From Chromatiales bacterium (GTDB taxonomy: Bacteria > Pseudomonadota > Gammaproteobacteria > JAGRGH01), in assembly GCA_020445605.1 (NCBI GenBank), contig JAGRGH010000037.1:177949-241948 (forward strand): a stretch of DNA of 64,000 nucleotides, read 5' to 3'. The position numbers were made by a program, and so were the translations under genes. Positions 37,400-47,555 of the stretch are shown here, one piece after another; position 1 is the first letter of the stretch, and each line of letters begins with the position of its first letter. The notes beneath the pieces were generated by a model, which worked only from the letters and a program-made list of their open reading frames with translations, had not been told where the DNA came from and did no database searches.

Positions 37400-38107
37400 A
37401 TGCAGACCGCACGAATCGAGTCCGCCTGGTCCAGACCGCAGGAATGCGAGGCCTGCGGCGTGCGCCAGCTCGTGCTTTTTTCGGACCTCCAGCACAACGA
37501 CTTCCGGCTGATTCACGAGCCGATCGACGATCTGCATTTCGACGCCGGCGATTCGCTGTTTCGCGCCGGGGACTCCGCCCGGCACGTCTATACCATCCGT
37601 GGCGGCCTGGTAAAGCTCGAACTCATCCTGCGCGACGGTACCTCGCGCATCGTGCGCCTGCTTCGGCAGGGCGATGTGGCGGGGCTGGAGGCGCTGACCG
37701 ACTCGCCGTACGCGCAGGACGCCGTCGCGCTCGAACCGGTGGACGTCTGCCGTATTCCGTCGGCGACCGTGAACCGGCTCAACGAGGAAACCCCGCGACT
37801 GCACCGGCAGCTTACCCGGCGCTGGCAGGAGGCCGTCCACGACGCCGATGCCTGGCTGACCGATCTGATGTCCGGCTCGGCGCGGATGCGCGTGCTGCGC
37901 CTGCTGCGACACCTCGCCGGCCTCGCGGATGCGCAACGTTTCTACCTGCCAAGTCGCGAGGACATCGGTGCGATGCTCGCGATCACGACCGAGACCGCCT
38001 CGCGCATCGTCGCCGAGCTGCGTCGCAACGGTGTTCTGACCGTCCTCGACGCCCACCACGCGCGCGCGGATCTCGCCGCGATCGAGCGCCTGCTGGCCGC
38101 CGAGTAG
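37400..38107 (+). CDS. Crp/Fnr-family transcriptional regulator
   Basis: cNMP-binding-like beta-roll plus C-terminal HTH (REDIGAMLAITTETASRIVAELRRNG). N-terminal CEAC pair (Cys16, Cys19) plus Cys117 suggests an incomplete FNR-type Fe-S ligand set. Preceded by an AT-rich 300-bp leader. Confidence 0.75.
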   Translation: MQTARIESAWSRPQECEACGVRQLVLFSDLQHNDFRLIHEPIDDLHFDAGDSLFRAGDSARHVYTIRGGLVKLELILRDGTSRIVRLLRQGDVAGLEALTDSPYAQDAVALEPVDVCRIPSATVNRLNEETPRLHRQLTRRWQEAVHDADAWLTDLMSGSARMRVLRLLRHLAGLADAQRFYLPSREDIGAMLAITTETASRIVAELRRNGVLTVLDAHHARADLAAIERLLAAE

Positions 38108-38200
38108 ACCTGCGCCGGGCGACGGCGCGGCTTGTCGCTCCAGGGGGCGCGCGGTAGACTGCGCGGACTTTTCCCCGCCCCACTTCCAGGCACTTAGCCG

Positions 38201-39076
38201 ATGTATTCCGGCAGTTTCGTCGCGCTCATCACACCGATGCACGACGACGGTTCGATTGACTATTCCGCGCTGGCGCGACTCGTCGAATTTCACGTCGAGC
38301 AGGGCAGCGACGGCATCGTTGCCGTGGGCACCACGGGCGAGTCGGCCACCCTGGATTTCGACGAGCACTGCCAGGTCATTCGAGAGGTGGTCAGCGTCGC
38401 CGCCGGCCGGGTGCCGGTGGTCGCGGGGACCGGCGCGAATTCGACCAGCGAGGCGATCGAGCTGACCGAGTGCGCACGCGAGGCGGGCGCCGACGCGATG
38501 CTCTCGGTTGTGCCCTACTACAACAAGCCCACCCAGGAAGGCCTGTATCGGCACTTTCGCGCGATTGCCGGGGCCGTGGACGCCCCGCTGATTCTCTACA
38601 ACGTGCCGGGCCGCACGGCGGTCGACATGCTGCCCGAGACCGTCGCCCGACTCGCGCAGATCGACAACATCGTCGGACTGAAAGAGGCATCCAGCGATCC
38701 GGCCCGGGTGCCGGCCGTTGTCGCGCGGGTCGATCCTGGCTTCATGGTGATGTCTGGTAATGACGACATGGCGCGCGAGGCGATCTACGCGGGTGCCACG
38801 GGCGTCATATCGGTCACCGCGAACGTGGCCCCGCGTGCGATGCACGAGATGTGTGCCGCGGCGCTTGCCGGTCAGCGCAACGTTGCCGATGTCATCGACG
38901 CGCGCCTTGCACCGCTGCACGCGGCGCTGTTCTGCGAGTCCAATCCGATTCCGGTGAAATGGGCCGTGCACCATATGGGACTCGCGGGTCGCGGCATACG
39001 CCTGCCGCTGACCTGGCTCACCGAGTCCTGCGAACCCAAACTGCGCGCGGCGCTGGAGGCCAGCGGTGTTGACTAA
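38201..39076 (+). CDS. dapA: 4-hydroxy-tetrahydrodipicolinate synthase
   Basis: GSFVALITPMHDDGSIDYSALARLVEFHVEQGSDGIVAVGTTGES...; DapA/NAL family with conserved lysine region. Confidence 0.95.
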   Translation: MYSGSFVALITPMHDDGSIDYSALARLVEFHVEQGSDGIVAVGTTGESATLDFDEHCQVIREVVSVAAGRVPVVAGTGANSTSEAIELTECAREAGADAMLSVVPYYNKPTQEGLYRHFRAIAGAVDAPLILYNVPGRTAVDMLPETVARLAQIDNIVGLKEASSDPARVPAVVARVDPGFMVMSGNDDMAREAIYAGATGVISVTANVAPRAMHEMCAAALAGQRNVADVIDARLAPLHAALFCESNPIPVKWAVHHMGLAGRGIRLPLTWLTESCEPKLRAALEASGVD

Positions 39077-40241
39077 GTTTTCGCAATTGCACCGTGTCGT
39101 GGCCTTCGTGCTTTCGGCATCGGTCGTATGGCTCGCCGGTTGTAGCGCCGTTTCCGAGAACCTGCCCGACCGCCGCGTCGATTACAAGAAGGGCCGGGTC
39201 GAGGGCAATCCGCTCGAACTGCCGCCGACGGTGTCGTCCTCGCAGTTCGACCCGCAGCTCGTCGTGCCGTCGGCAGATGGCACCGGTACGGCGCGCTACT
39301 CGGAATTCGCCAGCGGTGGTGGCCCGGTGCTGGCGACTGGTCGTTACTCGAACGTGTTGCCGGCCATCGAGGCGGTGCGTCTGCGCAAGGACGGGCAGCT
39401 GCGCTGGCTCGAGGTCGACGGATCGATCGAACGGGTCTGGGACCGCACACGCGAGTTCTGGGCCGAACAGGGCTTCAAGCTCATCGAGGCGGATCCCGCC
39501 GCGGGCGTCATGGTCACGGGCTTCAAGGAGAATCGCGCCGACATTGCTGATGACTTCATCACGCGCACGATTCGGCAGGTCGCGGACTTCGCCTACTCGG
39601 CCGCAACCCGCGACCAGTACCGCGTGCGCATCGAGCGCGGCGCGAGCGATGCGATCGCCGAGGTGTATCTGACGCATCGGGGTCTCGAGGAAGTCGTGAC
39701 TCGCGACGCCGGCAACAACGCCGACGGCACCATCTGGAAACCGCGCGATACCGATCCGGTCCTGGAGGCCGAGATGATCGCGCGCCTGCAGGCGCATCTC
39801 GGTCAGCAGGAGGTCGCCGACCGGCGTGCAGCCGGTGCCACCCAGGCCAGCGAATCGCTGACGAAGTTCGAAGCCGATGCGGCAAGCCCCCTGATCCATG
39901 TGGCCACGGGTTTCGATCGCGCCTGGCGCATGGTCGGGCTGGCGCTCGATCGCAGCGGCTATGTGATCGAGGACCGTGACCGTTCGCTCGGCAACTACTA
40001 CGTGCGGTTCATCGAGACCGACGTGGTCAACGCCAAGGAAGACGAGGGGTTTCTCTCGAAGCTCGCTTTTTGGCGTTCGAGCAAGAAGCCCAAGGTCGAA
40101 GATGCCCCGTTGTATGTCGTCAATGTGCGTGGCGATCGTGAGCGTTCACGGGTATCGGTGCTCGACGGCAATGCGCAGGCGCCCAGCACCGCGGCAGACG
40201 CGAAGACCCTGCTCACGGTCGTCTATGGCGCCCTGAACTGA
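39066..40241 (+). CDS. bamC: outer-membrane protein assembly factor BamC (NlpB) lipoprotein
   Basis: Lipobox LAGCS after the signal peptide. Immediately downstream of and overlapping dapA, as in the gammaproteobacterial dapA-bamC pair. Assigned by size, position and lipoprotein features. Confidence 0.65.
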   Translation: MLTKFSQLHRVVAFVLSASVVWLAGCSAVSENLPDRRVDYKKGRVEGNPLELPPTVSSSQFDPQLVVPSADGTGTARYSEFASGGGPVLATGRYSNVLPAIEAVRLRKDGQLRWLEVDGSIERVWDRTREFWAEQGFKLIEADPAAGVMVTGFKENRADIADDFITRTIRQVADFAYSAATRDQYRVRIERGASDAIAEVYLTHRGLEEVVTRDAGNNADGTIWKPRDTDPVLEAEMIARLQAHLGQQEVADRRAAGATQASESLTKFEADAASPLIHVATGFDRAWRMVGLALDRSGYVIEDRDRSLGNYYVRFIETDVVNAKEDEGFLSKLAFWRSSKKPKVEDAPLYVVNVRGDRERSRVSVLDGNAQAPSTAADAKTLLTVVYGALN

Positions 40242-40361
40242 CAAGGCCGATCCGCCTTGGATTGGTAATGCGAACAAGGCGAGAAATCCCGCTGTTTCGC
40301 GTTCTTCGAAACTGACTGACCTGTTGCGAGACCATCGCGGGTCGAGATCCAGGATGCGAGC

Positions 40362-43300
40362 ATGAACGCGTTGACGAAATTCACCGGTCGCGCCGCGTTG
40401 TCGCCGTTCCGTCTGGCGCGGCTGGCCGACCGTATCGAACGTGCGACCGGCCAGCGACCGGACATCTCCGCGCGCTTCGTGCATTTCGTGGAGTCCTCGC
40501 GCGCGCTGGATGCCGCCGAGTCCGCGATCATCGAGCGTTTGCTCGATTACGGTCCCGACTACCGCCAGGACGAGGTCGATGCGCCGCTGCGTCTGGTCGT
40601 GCCGCGGCCCGGCACGATCTCGCCGTGGTCCAGCAAGGCGACGGACATCGCCCACAACGCCGGTCTCGCACAGGTGGTCCGCATGGAGCGCGGAACGGTC
40701 TATCGCGTGGCCGGTGTGACCGAGGCGCATGCCGTGACGGTCGACGCGCTGCTGCACGACCGCATGACCGAGACCGTGTTCGACGATCTCGACGCCGCCG
40801 CCCGACTGTTTCATCACACCGAGCCGCAGCCGTTTTCCACAGTGGACCTGCTGGGCGGCGGACGTGCGGCGCTGATCGACGCCGATCGTCGCTACGGGTT
40901 CGCGCTTTCGGCGGACGAGATCGACTATCTGGTCGGGCGTTTTTCGGCGCTGGGTCGCAACCCGACGGATGTCGAGCTAATGATGTTCGCGCAGGCGAAC
41001 TCCGAGCACTGCCGGCACAAGATCTTCAATGCCGAATGGGCCATCGACGGCGTCGACCAGGGCGAGTCGCTGTTCGGCATGATTCGCAACACCTCGAAGT
41101 TGTCACCCTACGGGCTGCTGTCGATCTATCGCGACAATGCCGCGGTGTTCGCCGGTCCCCGCGCGCTGCGTTTCCGGCCCGATCCGCAGACCGGCGAGTA
41201 CCGTGCGCGCGAGGACGAACTGCACATCCTGTTCAAGGCCGAGACCCACAATCATCCGACGGCGATCGCGCCACATCCAGGTGCGGCAACGGGTTCGGGT
41301 GGCGAGATCCGCGATGAAGGCGCGACCGGCCGCGGTGGTAAACCCAAGGCCGGCTGGTGCGGATTTTCCGTTTCGAACCTGCGCCTGCCCGGCTTCGAGC
41401 AGCCTTGGGAAACCGATTTCGGGCGACCGGGGCGTATCGTCTCGGCGCTGGACATCATGCTGGAAGGCCCGATCGGCGCCGCGGCATTCAACAACGAATT
41501 CGGCCGGCCGAATCTCGCTGGCTGGTTTCGAACCTACGAGGCCGAAGTGCCCGGTCCGCACGGTCCGGAACTGCGCGGGTACCACAAGCCGATCATGCTC
41601 GCCGGCGGCGTTGGCAGCGTGCGCGACGGGCTGGTCGAGAAAGGCCGTCTCGCACCGGGTGCGCCGGTCGTGGTGCTGGGCGGACCGGCCATGCTCATCG
41701 GGCTCGGTGGTGGCGCGGCGTCGTCCATGCTGAGCGGCGCGAGCAGCGCCGACCTGGATTTCGCGTCCGTGCAGCGCGGTAACCCCGAGATGCAGCGTCG
41801 CTGTCAGGAGGTCATCGACCGCTGCTGCGAACTCGGCGACGAGAGTCCGATCGTATCGATTCACGATGTCGGCGCGGGTGGGCTTTCAAATGCACTGCCG
41901 GAGCTCGTCAACGACAGCGGTCGAGGTGCGCGCTTCGAACTGCGCGAGGTGCCGAACGACGAACCCGGCATGACACCGCTGGAACTGTGGTGCAACGAGG
42001 CGCAGGAACGTTACGTGCTGGGCATCGATGCCGAACGGCTGGCGGTGTTCGAGGCGCTGTGTGCGCGCGAGCGAGCGCCATACGCCGTGATCGGGCACGC
42101 GGGCGCGGAGCAGGACCTCGTCGTCGATGACCGGTTCTTTGACCATCGTCCCATCGACATTCCCCTGTCGCTGCTGTTCGCGGACACCCCGCGCATGCGT
42201 CGCGACGTGCACCACTTCAGCTTTCCCAAGCCCGAGATCGACACCGGGCGAATCACGCTTGAGAAGGCCGCCGAGCGTGTGCTGCGGCTGCCCGCGGTGG
42301 CCGACAAGACCTTCCTGATCACCATCGGCGACCGATCCGTGACGGGGCTCGTCGCGCGTGACCAGATGGCGGGGCCGTTCCAGGTGCCGGTCGCGGACTG
42401 CGCGGTGACGCTCGCCGACTACCACGGTCATGCGGGCGAGGCCATGGCGCTCGGCGAACGTACACCGCTTGCGCTTGTGCATGCCCCGGCCGCCGCGCGC
42501 ATGGCGGTCGGCGAGGCAATCACCAACCTCTTGTCCGCGCCGATCGAAAGGCTCGGCGATGTGCGGCTTTCGGCGAACTGGATGGCTGCGGCGGGTCATC
42601 CCGGCGATGATGCGGCGCTGTTCGACAGCGTGCGTGCGGTCGGGCTGGAACTGTGCCCGGCGCTCGGCATCGCAATCCCGGTCGGCAAGGATTCCATGTC
42701 CATGAAGACGGTCTGGGAGCACGGCGGCGAGCGCCGTGAAATGACCGCGCCCGTATCGCTGATCGTTTCCGCCGTGGCACCCGTCACCGACGCACGCCGC
42801 GCACTCACGCCGGCGCTGCGTCTGGATTGTGGTGACACCGATCTCGTGTTCGTCGATCTGGGCAAGGGCCGTCAGCGCATGGCGGCCAGCGCCTATGCGC
42901 AGGTCACCGGACAGCTCGGCCATCACGGGCCGGACCTCGACGATCCGCACGCGCTCGCTGCGCTGTTCGACGTCGTTCAGGAAATGAATGCCGACGATCT
43001 GCTGCTTGCCTGTCACGACCGATCCGACGGTGGCCTGTTTGCCTGTGTAGGTGAAATGGCGTTCGCCGCGCACGTCGGTGTCGATATCGATCTGGACGAT
43101 CTCGGCGACGACGATGTTTCCGCGCTGTTCTGCGAAGAGCTTGGCGTGCTGTTGCAGGTGCGCCATCACGACACCGACGAGGTGCTCGACCGTCTGGCCG
43201 ATGCCGGGCTTGCACGGCACAGCTTCGTGCTCGGCACGACCAATGACGACGATGTGATCCGGTTTCTTCGCGGCGACAATGCGGTGCTGGCCCGCGCACG

Positions 43301-44246
43301 CTGCGAGTGGCAGCGCCTGTGGTCGGAGACCAGTTGTCTGATGCAACGCCTGCGCGACAACACCGAATGCGCGGCGCAGGCGTTCGCGCGGGTCGTCGAG
43401 GACGATCCGGGCCTGCACGCCAAGCTGACCTACGATCCCGACTTCGACACGACCGCGCCGTACATCGGTGTCGGTGCCGCGCCGCGAGTCGCAGTCCTGC
43501 GCGAGCAGGGGGTGAACGGCCAGATCGAGATGGCGGCCGCGTTCGACCGCGCGGGCTTCACCGCCGTCGATGTGCACATGAGCGACATCATCGCCGGGCG
43601 CGTGGATCTGGGCGGATTTCATGGCCTGGCCGCCTGTGGCGGCTTTTCCTACGGAGACGTGCTTGGCGCCGGCGAGGGCTGGGCGAAGACGATCCTGTTC
43701 AATGACCGCGCGCGGGACGGGTTCGAGCAGTTCTTCGCGCGCACAGACAGCTTTGCGCTGGGCGTCTGCAACGGCTGTCAGATGTTGTCGAACCTGCGTG
43801 AACTGATTCCGGGCAGTGCGCACTGGCCGCACTTCGTACGCAACTTCAGTGAACAGTTCGAGGCGCGACTGGTGATGGTCGAAGTCCAGAAGAGCGCCTC
43901 GGTGCTGTTGCGGGACATGGCCGGTTCGCGCATGCCGATCGTCGTGGCGCATGGCGAGGGGCGCGCCGAGTTCCGCGACCCGGCGCAGCTCGTGGCCGCC
44001 GAACCGCATGTCGCGCTGCGTTACGTCGATCACTGGGGTCGAACCGCGGAAACCTATCCGTCCAATCCGAACGGCTCGCCGCATGGCATCACCGGGCTCA
44101 CGAGCACGGATGGACGCGTGACCATCATGATGCCGCACCCCGAGCGGGTGTTTCGCAGCGTGCAGTTTTCGTGGTGTCCGCCGGACTGGGGCGAGGCCTC
44201 GCCGTGGCTGCGCATGTTCCGCAATGCGCGGACCTGGCTGGCCTGA
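40362..44246 (+). CDS. purL: phosphoribosylformylglycinamidine synthase (single-chain, large form)
   Basis: 1294 aa; FGAM synthetase N-terminal, AIRS-like and C-terminal glutamine amidotransferase domains (GVCNGCQML...HGEG). Confidence 0.97.
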   Translation: MNALTKFTGRAALSPFRLARLADRIERATGQRPDISARFVHFVESSRALDAAESAIIERLLDYGPDYRQDEVDAPLRLVVPRPGTISPWSSKATDIAHNAGLAQVVRMERGTVYRVAGVTEAHAVTVDALLHDRMTETVFDDLDAAARLFHHTEPQPFSTVDLLGGGRAALIDADRRYGFALSADEIDYLVGRFSALGRNPTDVELMMFAQANSEHCRHKIFNAEWAIDGVDQGESLFGMIRNTSKLSPYGLLSIYRDNAAVFAGPRALRFRPDPQTGEYRAREDELHILFKAETHNHPTAIAPHPGAATGSGGEIRDEGATGRGGKPKAGWCGFSVSNLRLPGFEQPWETDFGRPGRIVSALDIMLEGPIGAAAFNNEFGRPNLAGWFRTYEAEVPGPHGPELRGYHKPIMLAGGVGSVRDGLVEKGRLAPGAPVVVLGGPAMLIGLGGGAASSMLSGASSADLDFASVQRGNPEMQRRCQEVIDRCCELGDESPIVSIHDVGAGGLSNALPELVNDSGRGARFELREVPNDEPGMTPLELWCNEAQERYVLGIDAERLAVFEALCARERAPYAVIGHAGAEQDLVVDDRFFDHRPIDIPLSLLFADTPRMRRDVHHFSFPKPEIDTGRITLEKAAERVLRLPAVADKTFLITIGDRSVTGLVARDQMAGPFQVPVADCAVTLADYHGHAGEAMALGERTPLALVHAPAAARMAVGEAITNLLSAPIERLGDVRLSANWMAAAGHPGDDAALFDSVRAVGLELCPALGIAIPVGKDSMSMKTVWEHGGERREMTAPVSLIVSAVAPVTDARRALTPALRLDCGDTDLVFVDLGKGRQRMAASAYAQVTGQLGHHGPDLDDPHALAALFDVVQEMNADDLLLACHDRSDGGLFACVGEMAFAAHVGVDIDLDDLGDDDVSALFCEELGVLLQVRHHDTDEVLDRLADAGLARHSFVLGTTNDDDVIRFLRGDNAVLARARCEWQRLWSETSCLMQRLRDNTECAAQAFARVVEDDPGLHAKLTYDPDFDTTAPYIGVGAAPRVAVLREQGVNGQIEMAAAFDRAGFTAVDVHMSDIIAGRVDLGGFHGLAACGGFSYGDVLGAGEGWAKTILFNDRARDGFEQFFARTDSFALGVCNGCQMLSNLRELIPGSAHWPHFVRNFSEQFEARLVMVEVQKSASVLLRDMAGSRMPIVVAHGEGRAEFRDPAQLVAAEPHVALRYVDHWGRTAETYPSNPNGSPHGITGLTSTDGRVTIMMPHPERVFRSVQFSWCPPDWGEASPWLRMFRNARTWLA

Positions 44247-44291
44247 CCGCAAACGACGTTTGTCAGTTCGCCTCTGGGTCAATCCACGGGC

Positions 44292-45014
44292 TTGCCGATG
44301 CGACTGACTCCCATCCTGACATTGACCATCGTGCTTGCGACGATGGTGAGCGGCTGTGCCGTTCGTGAGACCACGCTCCCCGATCATGAAATCGATGCGC
44401 CGCGCTGGTGGCGCGTGCGCTATCTCATGCACTGGCCAGAGGATTCCGGGCCGCTGCTATATCGCGACACCCTGATTGCCAATGAGATCGTTGCGCCGGT
44501 GCTCGAGACCGAGCGCGATGCGATCGTTGCGTGGCGCATGCATCGTCGCGCGCACCGCGAAACGGGCGGTCATGCGTTCAGCTTTTTGTATTACTCGAAT
44601 GCCGCGGACGGCCCGCGGATTGCGCGCGAATTGATGGAATCGCCACTGCTTGAGCGACTGCTCGCCGCGGGCGTGGTCGAGCGGGCGTGGTCGGAGTGGG
44701 GGCGGGCGATCGAGGATTCACCCATCGAGGCCACGAGCGACCCGAGCTGGTCGCCCGCGATGGCGCGCCACTGGCCGTGGTTCATCATGGGTGTGAGCGA
44801 GACCTGGCTGCGTCTGATCGCCGATTTCGCAGGCCCGCGTGCCACAAGTGCGGATGTGAATCTCGAAGCACTGGATGAACGGTACCTGAGGGTCAGCGAA
44901 GCGGTGACCGAACGCTGGGCCGGGGAGGGCGGCCATGCATTCCTGCATCACCTGAATGCCGTGTTCGGCTACGCGCCGGTGCAAACCGGCCCTGATGAGT
45001 GGCAGCGTTTCTGA
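44292..45014 (+). CDS. hypothetical lipoprotein
   Basis: Signal peptide with lipobox (LTIVLATMVSGCA); 240 aa. Only family-level resemblance (DUF2515-like?) and no firm family call. Confidence 0.45.
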   Translation: MPMRLTPILTLTIVLATMVSGCAVRETTLPDHEIDAPRWWRVRYLMHWPEDSGPLLYRDTLIANEIVAPVLETERDAIVAWRMHRRAHRETGGHAFSFLYYSNAADGPRIARELMESPLLERLLAAGVVERAWSEWGRAIEDSPIEATSDPSWSPAMARHWPWFIMGVSETWLRLIADFAGPRATSADVNLEALDERYLRVSEAVTERWAGEGGHAFLHHLNAVFGYAPVQTGPDEWQRF

Positions 45015-45026
45015 GCGGGCCTGGGC

Positions 45027-45125
45027 AAAAAAATGCGCCGCGTCCCTGCGGCGCCATGCGCGGACAAAGCCGGCCAGACAGTCCTTGTGCGGGACGAAAA
45101 CGAAAAAGCGCGGTTTTTCGTTTTC
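45027..45125. terminator. convergent terminator region (two hairpins)
   Basis: GC hairpin GCGCCGC-gtccct-GCGGCGC preceded by AAAAAAA (a T-run on the minus strand), serving the secreted-protein gene. Second 12-bp hairpin GAAAACGAAAAA-gcgcgg-TTTTTCGTTTTC plus T-rich tail, serving the + strand. Confidence 0.55.
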
Positions 45126-45207
45126 TTACATTTTCAGTGGCTTAGGGACATTGAAAGTGGTGGCACGTCCCTGTGCCACGGGAAACTCTGAATTGATCAG
45201 AGTTTCC

Positions 45208-46791
45208 TTAGAGATCCCACCAGTCGAAATCGAAGTTCGTACCGAGCAGAGGGTCGATATAGATCGCGAGAAGCTGTCCGTACTCGACCAGCGCCGCGTC
45301 CGGATGATCCTCGTGGGCCTGTACGTCAAACATATACCAGCCGGCGCCGAGCACATCGTGCATGTCGGTGATGCCGGAGGATTCCTCGTCGGTCGTGATG
45401 AACTCGGCTGCGCCCTCGGAGAAGTAGCGGGGGTCGTGCGCCGCGACTTCGATCAGCTCCTGGGTCTCGATGCCGTAGAGCCAGATCTTGCCCAGACGCG
45501 CATTGCCGCCGACGTCTTCCTGCATGACGATTCGGCCGTAGATGTCGACCGTCAGGTTGTCGAGCATCTGGTGACCTTCGTCACCGTCGAGCAGCAGTTC
45601 AATCGTGCCTCCGTAACGGAACGGATCATCGACATCACGGAAGCGCAGTTGCCACAAGCGACTGGCGAGGTTGCTCGCGTCCCCGGCGCCACGGAAGTTG
45701 CCGGTCGTCACGAAATAGAAGTCGTTCTCGTGGCCGGGACGGGGATCCCATGCGCCGTCCTCGATGCGCTGAAAACGCGTAACGTCGCCCGCAATCGATT
45801 CGGCCTGAAGTTCGGCGCCAGTCTTGTTTGCGACCCATCCATGATCAACCAGGGTGAACTGCGCGCGCCGAACAAAGCCCATCTCGGCATTGCCGAGACC
45901 GAATTCGTTGCTTTCCTCTGGAATTGCGTCACCAGCCTGATACACGCGTACGCCACGCAGTATGCCGTTGAGGAGTCCCGCGCGCGCGACCACGTTGCCG
46001 GTCGTCTGCTTCCAGCCAGCGTAAACATAGAGCTCTGACGGCGCGTCGGTGCTGGCAGGGTCGGTCACACGATCCGCGTCGTCGAGTCCGATCACAAGTG
46101 TGCGCATGCGCGAGTGCGGGTGCGGCGCGATGTTTTCAAAAGCCATCTTCCCGAGCGTCGGCAGTTCATAGAGCTTGCCGGCTTCGGGGCCCGTCGCAAC
46201 GTATGCGAACCCGCGGCCGTGGTCGTCGGAGAACGGCGGACGGGTTTCCTCTCCGGTGAGAAAGATTCGATCTGCGGTACCGTAGGTTTCGCCGTTTTCA
46301 AAAATGAACGCCTGTGGTGAAGCGAGGGTGGCCGAACAGAACCGGTTGAAAGCGTCGGTTCCGCTGACAAACCACTGGCTGTCGGTGTCCCAGGTATTGA
46401 CGTCGGTGCCGCTTGCGACCGCATCGCGACCACTGAGCACCTCGAGGTTTGTATTGCGGATCTTCCAGCGCGACAGGAACGAGCCGGTTGAACCATGTGC
46501 ACGCACGGTGCCGGCCTCCGGCCCAAACTCGTGATTCAGGATAAGGTCGAACGTGCCGTCGCCGTTGTTGATGCCACCCAGACCATCGGGGATTCCAGCC
46601 ATTGTGTAGCCGCCGATTGTATCGCCGACGGTCAACACAGAGATCACGGCCACGCGGTCGCCGAGCAGCGGGTTTGCCTTCATGTACGGTTCGGCAGCGG
46701 TGCTTGGCCCGATATTGGCTGCACTGACCGCGGTCGAGGCTACGCCGATCGCCATCGCGATCGCGGAGCGACATACGCTATGAATTTTCAT
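45208..46791 (-). CDS. secreted hypothetical protein (possible beta-propeller / PhoX-like fold)
   Basis: Signal peptide MKIHSVCRSAIAMAIGVASTAVSAANI with an SD GGTGA 7 nt upstream of the ATG at 46791. Gly/Asp-rich repeats (FQRIEDGAWDPR, YFVTTG) are compatible with DUF839/PhoX-like propeller proteins, but the family assignment is not secure. Confidence 0.5.
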   Translation of the reverse strand: MKIHSVCRSAIAMAIGVASTAVSAANIGPSTAAEPYMKANPLLGDRVAVISVLTVGDTIGGYTMAGIPDGLGGINNGDGTFDLILNHEFGPEAGTVRAHGSTGSFLSRWKIRNTNLEVLSGRDAVASGTDVNTWDTDSQWFVSGTDAFNRFCSATLASPQAFIFENGETYGTADRIFLTGEETRPPFSDDHGRGFAYVATGPEAGKLYELPTLGKMAFENIAPHPHSRMRTLVIGLDDADRVTDPASTDAPSELYVYAGWKQTTGNVVARAGLLNGILRGVRVYQAGDAIPEESNEFGLGNAEMGFVRRAQFTLVDHGWVANKTGAELQAESIAGDVTRFQRIEDGAWDPRPGHENDFYFVTTGNFRGAGDASNLASRLWQLRFRDVDDPFRYGGTIELLLDGDEGHQMLDNLTVDIYGRIVMQEDVGGNARLGKIWLYGIETQELIEVAAHDPRYFSEGAAEFITTDEESSGITDMHDVLGAGWYMFDVQAHEDHPDAALVEYGQLLAIYIDPLLGTNFDFDWWDL

Positions 46792-47003
46792 GCATTCACC
46801 TTGCATTGCCAGCAGATTGATGTTTTCCCGGCATCAGGTCCGGGGCGGCAAAGCTTGCCGGCGCGAGGTGACGCGTCGTTGACGCGCGATTTACGAATAC
46901 ATCATTGTTTTGCTGCGCTACGGTTGCGGGTGAAATATCGCGGACATGCCGATGAAACATCGGCATCTCAATTGGCGGCGTTCGGTCGCCGGTCTGCGAT
47001 CGG

Positions 47004-47555
47004 TCAGGCTGTGGCGGGGGCGATGGGCCAGTCGGCGAGGCAGCGATAACGCGTTCCGCTGCGTTGAGGCGCGGATTCGTAGAGTCCGAATCGCGTGACA
47101 TTCCAGATCCACGAACCGTGTGAATCGAGATCCGGCGCAGTCGCCGCACCCCGTATGAGGGTGAGGTGCGGCTGGTACGGACGATCATCGAGCGCAAGCG
47201 CGCAGGCATCGAGTGCAGCGGCCATCGTCTCGGCCAGCATGTGCAGGGCCGCGGGGGTTTCCGCCGGCGCGGCCCAGACGACGCGCGGTCGTGCCCACCA
47301 GCCGAGGCGCGTGATCGCAAGATCGAACGGCGCGCCGCGGTAACGATCCGCCGCTGCGATGAGGCAGTCGCGCTGTGCGGCAGTGCAATTGCCCGCGAAC
47401 GCGAGCGTCAGATGAATGTCCGCCGGCGCAATCACACGGGCGCGATCGCCGGCAAGCGATGCACCGATCTCGGCGAGTGCCCGTGCGAATTCCGGCGACG
47501 GCCAGCATGCGAAAAACAGCCGCTGGGTGGGCTGCGTGGCCGCAGCCGTGTTCAA
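47004..47555 (-). CDS. thpR: RNA 2',3'-cyclic phosphodiesterase ThpR (LigT, 2H phosphoesterase)
   Basis: QRLFFACWP...HLTLAF...HLTLIR (two H-x-T-x motifs) and a C-terminus like E. coli ThpR. No in-frame ATG; the likely start is the TTG overlapping the stop of the upstream GGDEF-EAL gene (TTGA). The long upstream ORF extension is rejected. Confidence 0.8.
   Translation of the reverse strand: MNTAAATQPTQRLFFACWPSPEFARALAEIGASLAGDRARVIAPADIHLTLAFAGNCTAAQRDCLIAAADRYRGAPFDLAITRLGWWARPRVVWAAPAETPAALHMLAETMAAALDACALALDDRPYQPHLTLIRGAATAPDLDSHGSWIWNVTRFGLYESAPQRSGTRYRCLADWPIAPATA

Noticed and set aside
40242-40361. Imperfect inverted repeat AATGCGAACAAG-N13-CTGTTTCGCGTT upstream of purL, and CAAACG-A-CGTTTG just after purL. 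Considered as PurR boxes.
   Set aside because: Neither matches the contiguous 16-bp PurR palindrome (ACGCAAACGTTTGCGT) closely enough. The second lies 3' of the gene and is more likely a small terminator hairpin.
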